In this document: one piece after another, positions 10,670 to 16,920 of the stretch | How positions within the stretch are numbered: the stretch's first letter is position 1 | Layout of the letters: the number at the start of each line of letters is the position of its first letter | Source: Octopus sinensis | Lineage: Eukaryota | Direction: 5' to 3' | NCBI RefSeq assembly: GCF_006345805.1 | Contig: NW_021824973.1 | Span: 1-16,920 of the forward strand | DNA: 16,920 bases | Position numbers and translations under genes: made by a program | The notes under the pieces: model-generated | What the model was told of the DNA's origin: nothing | Seen by the model: the letters and a program-made list of their open reading frames with translations, nothing else | The model's database searches: none

Positions 10670-10735
10670 CGCACATATAGATTATAATGCATATACACAC
10701 ACACATATACATGTATACATATATACATATATATC

Positions 10736-10771
<36 letters not shown>

Positions 10772-10880
10772 TGCATGCATGTATATTTTTACACAGGCCC
10801 ATATATACGCATACATATGTATATATACATATATATATATAATACATACATATATATATATGTAATATATATATATAGGC

Positions 10881-10927
<47 letters not shown>

Positions 10928-11008
10928 CATGTATTATATATACATAACAAATAAGAAATATCCACCAATGCGGTGTTGAGCACTCATTTACAACGTTCAA
11001 CATTTACG

Positions 11009-11077
<69 letters not shown>

Positions 11078-11261
11078 GCATGTGTGTGTGTGCGTCTAAC
11101 TGCATATCTTATGGCCAGTTGGGATAACTGACAGCTTTCACACTTCATATTCTGGAAATGTGTGACACAAAAATGTCTCATTTTTTTACGGCACAATCAA
11201 TGTCTAACTATAGGAAATCATTGACAACCAAGATGGACCCAAAGGCCCAGTCTTCAAATAC

Positions 11262-11283
11262 ATCACTGCTACTGCTGCTGCTG

Positions 11284-11353
<70 letters not shown>

Positions 11354-11614
11354 AACTACTACTAATACCAATAATACAGATGATGATGGTGAATGTGGTT
11401 GTGCTGGTTGTGGTGGTGGTGGTGGTGGTGGTGGTGGTGGTGGTGGCGGTCGTCGTCGTCGTCGTCGTGGCTGTGCTGCTACTGCTGAAGGTGGTGATGA
11501 CGATAATAGTCATGTTGATAACGACGGTGAGGAGGAGGGGGAGGAGGAGGAGGAGAAAGAAGGGGAGGAAGTGGCGCAAGGCTATGCTACCGCTGCTGCC
11601 ACTTTTGCTGTTAT

Positions 11615-11657
<43 letters not shown>

Positions 11658-11690
11658 GACGATGGCGATGGCGATGAGGATGGCAATTTC
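11262..11690. repeat. In-phase mosaic of trinucleotide repeats (CTG/CTA/GTG/GTC/AGG/ATG)
   Basis: Direct reading; explains the overlapping ORFs on both strands. Confidence 0.9.
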
Positions 11691-11867
11691 TCTCATTCGC
11701 ATTAAGAGCATCATACGAGGGGGACATTTACAAGGACAGTTTACAATTTGGGTGAAAGGTACCATAACATGGTGATAAGAAAAGGCAGTGGAAAGAGATG
11801 AGATGTCAAAATATCTGATCACACAAATGATCTTTGTTCTGATACAGAAGGGTTAGCGAAGTGCAAT

Positions 11868-12518
11868 CAAGGAACCCTACGTACCCAGGATCATCTTGAC
11901 CACCAAGGGCACGAGTCCTCGTCCAGCTGCTGTTCTCCAATTTATAGGCCCAGGCTCAGAATAGCTCCAGGCATCCTAACCATTTTTATCGGCGTCATCC
12001 AAATTTTGTCTGAGGGAGAAAGTGGGAAGGGACCCCTTGTTAGCCAGACCTTGAAGTAGACATTGAAAAAGTCCATGAGGTACCCAAGGAACCCTACGTA
12101 CCCAGGATCATCTTGACCAGCAAGGGCACGAGTCCTCGCCCAGGTATTGTTCTCCAATCTATGGGCCCAGGCTCAAAATAGCTCCAGGCATCCTACCCAT
12201 TTTTACCAGCGTCATCGAACTTTTGGCTGAGGGAGAAAGTGGGGAGGGGCCACTTCTTAGCCAGACCTTGAAGTAGACATTGAAAAAGTCCATGAGGTAC
12301 CCAAGGAACCCTACGTACCCAGGATCGTCTTGACCAGCAAGGGCACGAGTCCTCGTCCAGCTATTGTTCTCCAATCTATGGGCCCAGGCTCAGAATAGCT
12401 CCAGGCAACCTACCCATTTTTACTAGCATCATCCAACTTTTGGCTGAGGGAGAAAGTGGGGAGGGGCCACTTCTTAGCCAGACCTTGAAGTAGACATTGA
12501 AAAAGTCCATGAGGTACC
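11868..12518. repeat. Three complete 217-bp tandem units (11868-12084, 12085-12301, 12302-12518)
   Basis: Manual alignment shows no indels; U1/U2 18, U1/U3 18 and U2/U3 8 substitutions. Confidence 0.97.
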
Positions 12519-13221
12519 TGTCTTCATTCTTTTCAGCCCCATTCATTCACAATCTCTTTCACTATAACTATCAGAGAAAGGAACAACGTTTACACCGACT
12601 TGTTGAAGATGGGTTATGGTTTGATCCTCGGGTTGAACTGGGGCGCTTGCTGCCAGGAATTCAACAAAACCATCTGGCATATAAACCGTAAATCCCATAG
12701 AGCTGACCATCCTAGCTGGCTGAAATATTCCTTAGCTACTACACACTACTTCTCGTATCTTCCCTAGTTTATGAAGGTGTTTTGTGATTGATGTATGACT
12801 TAGAATGAACTGTTTTGCTTTGGATTTTCTTCAGCTGTGTTTTTCAGGAGCTCAATATTAACCGAACTTGGTTTTCCAAATCGAAAAATGTCTGCGAGAG
12901 AAAAATTCCCCAGGCGTAGCTGAACAAACCAACATTTGCATGTTCAGACACTTAAAACTTTGTTTCCATAAACAGAACAAATATTTAATGTTGTTTTCAT
13001 TGCTGAACAGCACTTTTTGAATTCATACAGCATGCAATGTCTGATATGGGTCTCTTCTTCACACATTTTAAACTGATAAAATGGAAACAAATTTAACCAC
13101 TATGATATAAAAGAATCTGCAAATAAAGAGAAAAATCAGAATGCAAAAACTAATATCTATTTTAATGTAAGAATTACAAATGTACTCTCAGAAAGTTCAT
13201 GTCAAAAATGGGATAGGACTT

Positions 13222-13251
<30 letters not shown>

Positions 13252-13253
<2 letters not shown>

Positions 13254-13369
13254 CCATAGACACGTGGTTCTCTACACCCACACATGCTTATTGAAAAATA
13301 AAAAAGCAGACTGGCAGATATAGATCTATACAAATGGCTAGATTATCTATAAATATAAATTCACCCCCA

Positions 13370-13421
<52 letters not shown>

Positions 13422-14084
13422 TTCTCTGGGGCAGATTTGTTCGGCTAAAGGCGGTGCTCCAGCATGGCCGCAGTTAAATGACTGAAACAAGTAAAAGAAT
13501 AAAAGAATGTGTGTGTGTGTGTGTGTATTCCCAAAGAGAAGAGAGAAGGAAACACAAAGAGAGTGAGAGAAAGAGAAAATAGAAACAGAGAGGGAAGGAG
13601 AAAACAAGAGAGATGAATATACGTATATATGTATGTATGTATGTACGTATGTATGTATGTATGTATGTATGTATATATGTACGTATGTATGTATGTATGT
13701 ATGTATGTATGTATGTATGTATGTATGTATGTATGTATGTACGTACGTACGTACGTACGTACGTATGTATGTATGTATGTATGTATGTAATGTATGTATT
13801 ATGTATTATGGTATGCATGTATGGATGTGTATGTATGTATGTTTGTATGTATGGTATGTATGTGTGTGTATGTATGTATGTATGTATGTATGTATGTATG
13901 TATGTATGTGTGTGTGTATGTATGTATGTATGTTTGTCTGGGTGTGTGTATGCATGCATGTATGTATTTATGTCAACTCTCTATCCCTCTTCACGTGCAG
14001 TTGTTGATGTGGGGGTGTCTGAATATAGATTTGAATATATAAAAACTTGCATACAAATAAAACAAATACATACACAAGCACACA

Positions 14085-14129
<45 letters not shown>

Positions 14130-14339
14130 GCACGCACAAACATCCATGTAAACACAGGGACTAAACTCTTGAGCCAATCAAATATATGCACATATACAGG
14201 ACATCGGGCAAACTACATCCATAGACACGTGGTACTCAACGCCCACACACACCTATTGAAAAATATAAAGCAGACTGGCAGATATAGATCTATACAACTA
14301 TACAAATGGCTAGAGTATCTATAAATATAAATTCCCCCC
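13252..14339 (+). repeat. Direct repeat pair: 13252-13368 and 14217-14339
   Basis: ATCCATAGACACGTGGT...GCAGACTGGCAGATATAGATCTATACAA...CTATAAATATAAATTC occurs twice, 965 bp apart, each followed by (CT)n. Confidence 0.9.
13615..13965. repeat. (TATG)n/(TACG)n microsatellite; a similar tract lies at 15596-15820
   Basis: Direct reading. Confidence 0.95.
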
Positions 14340-14423
14340 GTTCTCTCTCTCTCTCTCTCTTTTTCTCTTTCTCTCTGTATCTCTATCTCTCTCTCTCTCC
14401 ATATATAAATGTATATATATATA

Positions 14424-14454
<31 letters not shown>

Positions 14455-14580
14455 TTGAAAAAAATAGTTGAGATGGCTGTTTGAGGATAATATATATTTT
14501 AATAAAAATTATCCCCCCCAAAGCCAGCTTTGTTCATGTTTTTAAATATATAATATTGTACCAGAAGTTTCTTTTATTAT

Positions 14581-14620
<40 letters not shown>

Positions 14621-14641
14621 TATATATATTATAATATATAG

Positions 14642-14703
<62 letters not shown>

Positions 14704-14710
14704 TATATAC

Positions 14711-14757
<47 letters not shown>

Positions 14758-14810
14758 GTATATATATATATATACATATATATAACATATATATATTATA
14801 TATATATCTA

Positions 14811-14850
<40 letters not shown>

Positions 14851-14952
14851 TTTTATATATGGGAGGGTGGACAAACGATAGAAAGACACTCAGACACTCA
14901 ACAATTTATTGGGTGTTACATGCATGAATCAAAAGAGTTTGATTCAATTCGT

Positions 14953-14994
14953 TGGTACTCTAGAGTTTCAAGCGTGATTGCTAGTCGTCAGCCA
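14953..14994 (-). ncRNA. Minimal hammerhead-like motif (family D), probably decayed
   Basis: TGG-CTGACGA-C-TAGC-AATCAC-GCTT-GAAAC-TCTAGA-GTA-CCA. Palindrome ACTCTAGAGT; T-T mismatch at the base of stem II. Confidence 0.55.
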
Positions 14995-15185
14995 TTTCCA
15001 ACCGATGTTGGTGTGTTTACGTCCCAGTAACATAGCGGTCGGCAAATAATTCGATAGAATAAGAACTACAAAGTTTGGAAGTTGTAACTAAATTCCAAAG
15101 AATATGTCCTGAGGTCAACTTGTTCGACTAAGGCGATGCCCCAGCACAGCCGCAGTCTCAAATGACTGAAACAAGTAAAAAAAAA
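14995..15185 (+). mobile_element. SINE family 2, 3' half
   Basis: CAACCGATGTTGGTGTGTTTACGTCCC...AAATGACTGAAACAAGTAAAA. Confidence 0.8.
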
Positions 15186-15204
15186 ATAAAAGAATATTAC
15201 TATT

Positions 15205-15595
15205 TTACTCTTTTACTTGTTTCAGTCATTTGACTGCGGCCATGCTGGAGCACCGCCTTTAGTCGAGCAAATCGACCCCAGGACTTATTCTTTGTAAGCC
15301 TAGTACTTATTCTATCGGTCTCTTTTGCCGAACCGCTAAGTGGCGGCGACGTAAACACACCAGCATCGGTTGTCAAGCGATGTTTGGGGGACAAACACAG
15401 ACACACAAACATACACACCACACACACACACACACACATATGTATATACATATACGATAGGCTTCTTTCAGTTTCCGTCTACCAAATCCACTCACAAGGC
15501 TTTGGTCGGCCCGGGCTATAGTAGAAGACACTTGCCCAAGATGCCACGCAGTGGGACTGAACCCGGAACCATGTGGCTGGTAAGCAAGCTACTTA
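15205..15595 (-). mobile_element. Near full-length young SINE family 2
   Basis: All modules are present and closely match 3353-3580 plus 4200-4372 and 9648-10010. Confidence 0.9.
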
Positions 15596-15960
15596 TGTAT
15601 GTATGTAGGTATGCATGCATTTATGCATGTATGCATGTATGTATGCATGTATGTATGTATGTATGAATGTATGTATGTATGTACGTATGTATGTATGTAT
15701 GTATGTACGTATGTATGTATGTATATATGTATGTATGCATGTATGTATGTATGTACGTATGTATGTATGTATGTATGTATGTATGTATGTATGTATGTAT
15801 GTATGTATGTATGTATGTATATCTTAGCTGCTTTCTCGTAAACGAACAAAGCCATTGCTAGAAAGAATCCCTAAAATCAGTCAATGTTGATGCAATGTGA
15901 GGCCCTTGTATGACTTTTGAGCCCGGCGAAAATTTTGAGCATACTATTATATAATGCTGT

Positions 15961-16568
15961 GCTGGCTGGCTGGCTGGCAGAAGAAACAGGTGCCACAGTA
16001 TGAACTCTTCTGACATTCCCTTTCAATCCTCAAACTGGGAGGCACACCTTTCCACATGTTGCGCATATTCTATTGTGAACATTAGCCCTATCACAATTCA
16101 CCATGGGCCGATTCCTATGAGTTCTCTGATGGCAGACCAAAACCACACGACTCAAGCATCTCTTCCAACAAACCACACACTCCCTCATTCTCCGCAGGTT
16201 CATTCTTTTTTAAGCCTTCGCCTAATCTTCTCGTGCTTCGTTCTCTTTCCCTCAACCTTGAACAGCCCCTGTGCACTCTTCTCCTCCATCCATTTCGGTC
16301 TTGTGCTTCCATCTCCCAATCAACAACTGAAATTTCTGTCTATGTCAGAGCAATTCTGAGGCAGTCCTCGAACCTCATTTTGGGTTTATGTTCTGGTCTC
16401 CTACCACCTGGTTCACCATATAAAAGTTGCTTGGGAAGTCTTTCATCATTCATTCTTACCAGATGTCCACCCTACCTCAAAAGACTTTGTAGAATCATTT
16501 ATTCTCCACTTCTACTACCACATCTCTCAAGTACCTCCACATCACTGATGGCCATTTTCGTGTAATCT
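15961..16568 (-). mobile_element. RTE-clade LINE 3' fragment (decayed ORF C-terminus)
   Basis: Minus translation ISDVEVLERC...LLR*GGHLVRMNDERLPKQLLYGE...KPKMRFEDCLR...WEMEAQDRNGWRRRV matches the RTE motif LRWxGHVxRMxDxRLPKxLLYGE...WExxAxDRxxWR. A degenerate finger ICATCGKVC...RVH follows; in-frame stops; (GCCA)n tail. Confidence 0.85.
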
Positions 16569-16920
16569 CTCGAAAGAGTTGTTCTTCACTCCTGCTCCAG
16601 AGCGTCGGCTGCGGGGTCATTCCGAAAAGCTCTATCTGCGACGATTTCATCTCAATCGAAGGAGAGGGGCTTTCTCCGTCCGGGTTGCGGATCCGTGGAA
16701 CAAGCTGCCAGACGAGATGGTGAAGCTGCCAGACGAGATGGTGAAGCTGCCAGACGAGATGGTCAAGATGCCGAACGACCGCTTTGTTCAAAGTCTCCCT
16801 TGACCTCAAGTGGCCTGAACTCTTACATGAACACCACCCTGTCATAACTCCATGTCCCCCTACATGGCCTTGCTTTTTGCGTTTGAGCCAAAAATTAACT
16901 AACTAACTAACCAACTAACT
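16568..16920 (+). mobile_element. CR1/L2-group LINE 3' fragment
   Basis: LFF...RLRGHSEKLYLRRFHLNRRRGAFSVRVADPWNKLPDEMV matches the CR1 ORF2 C-terminal motif RGHxxKL...FSxRVxxxWNxLP; (CTAA)n tail at ~16896-16920. Confidence 0.85.

Noticed and set aside
11158-11822. 205-aa and 204-aa ORFs, plus an ATG-less frame 11214-11705 (EIIDNQDGPKGPVFKY...poly-T/G/E/D) after a TAG acceptor-like site
   Set aside because: In-phase trinucleotide mosaics keep several frames open by default; no domain or convincing donor site was found.
11868-12518. CRISPR-like repeat-spacer array
   Set aside because: The 'spacers' are 88-95% identical to each other, the context is eukaryotic and there are no cas genes.
12855-12960. 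ILTELGFPNRKMSAR resembles mariner IL..LG.RKVSARWVP
   Set aside because: The WVP motif is absent, no D,D34D residues or TIRs are visible, and the match is too short.
39-15861. Dozens of YI/CV/HT/MYVC-rich ORFs in the track
   Set aside because: They are translations of (TA)n, (TG)n and (TATG)n microsatellites.

Overview
AT-rich, microsatellite-dense eukaryotic DNA with no convincing host protein-coding exon. The SINE families look like those of Octopus (recognition from memory, not a database search). Nearly all ORFs in the track are microsatellite translations. The window is a patchwork of tRNA-derived SINEs (three families), a Tc1/mariner-type MITE, a non-autonomous Helitron, and back-to-back 3' fragments of an RTE LINE and a CR1-like LINE. 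The most notable signal is six minimal type-I hammerhead-ribozyme (HHR) motifs in four sequence families, of the kind carried by Penelope-like element (PLE) terminal repeats. One has a compensatory G3:C8 core swap, and two families occur as divergent inverted pairs. There is also an unexplained 3 x 217-bp tandem repeat with an invariant AG-36nt-GT block, a possible duplicated micro-exon.
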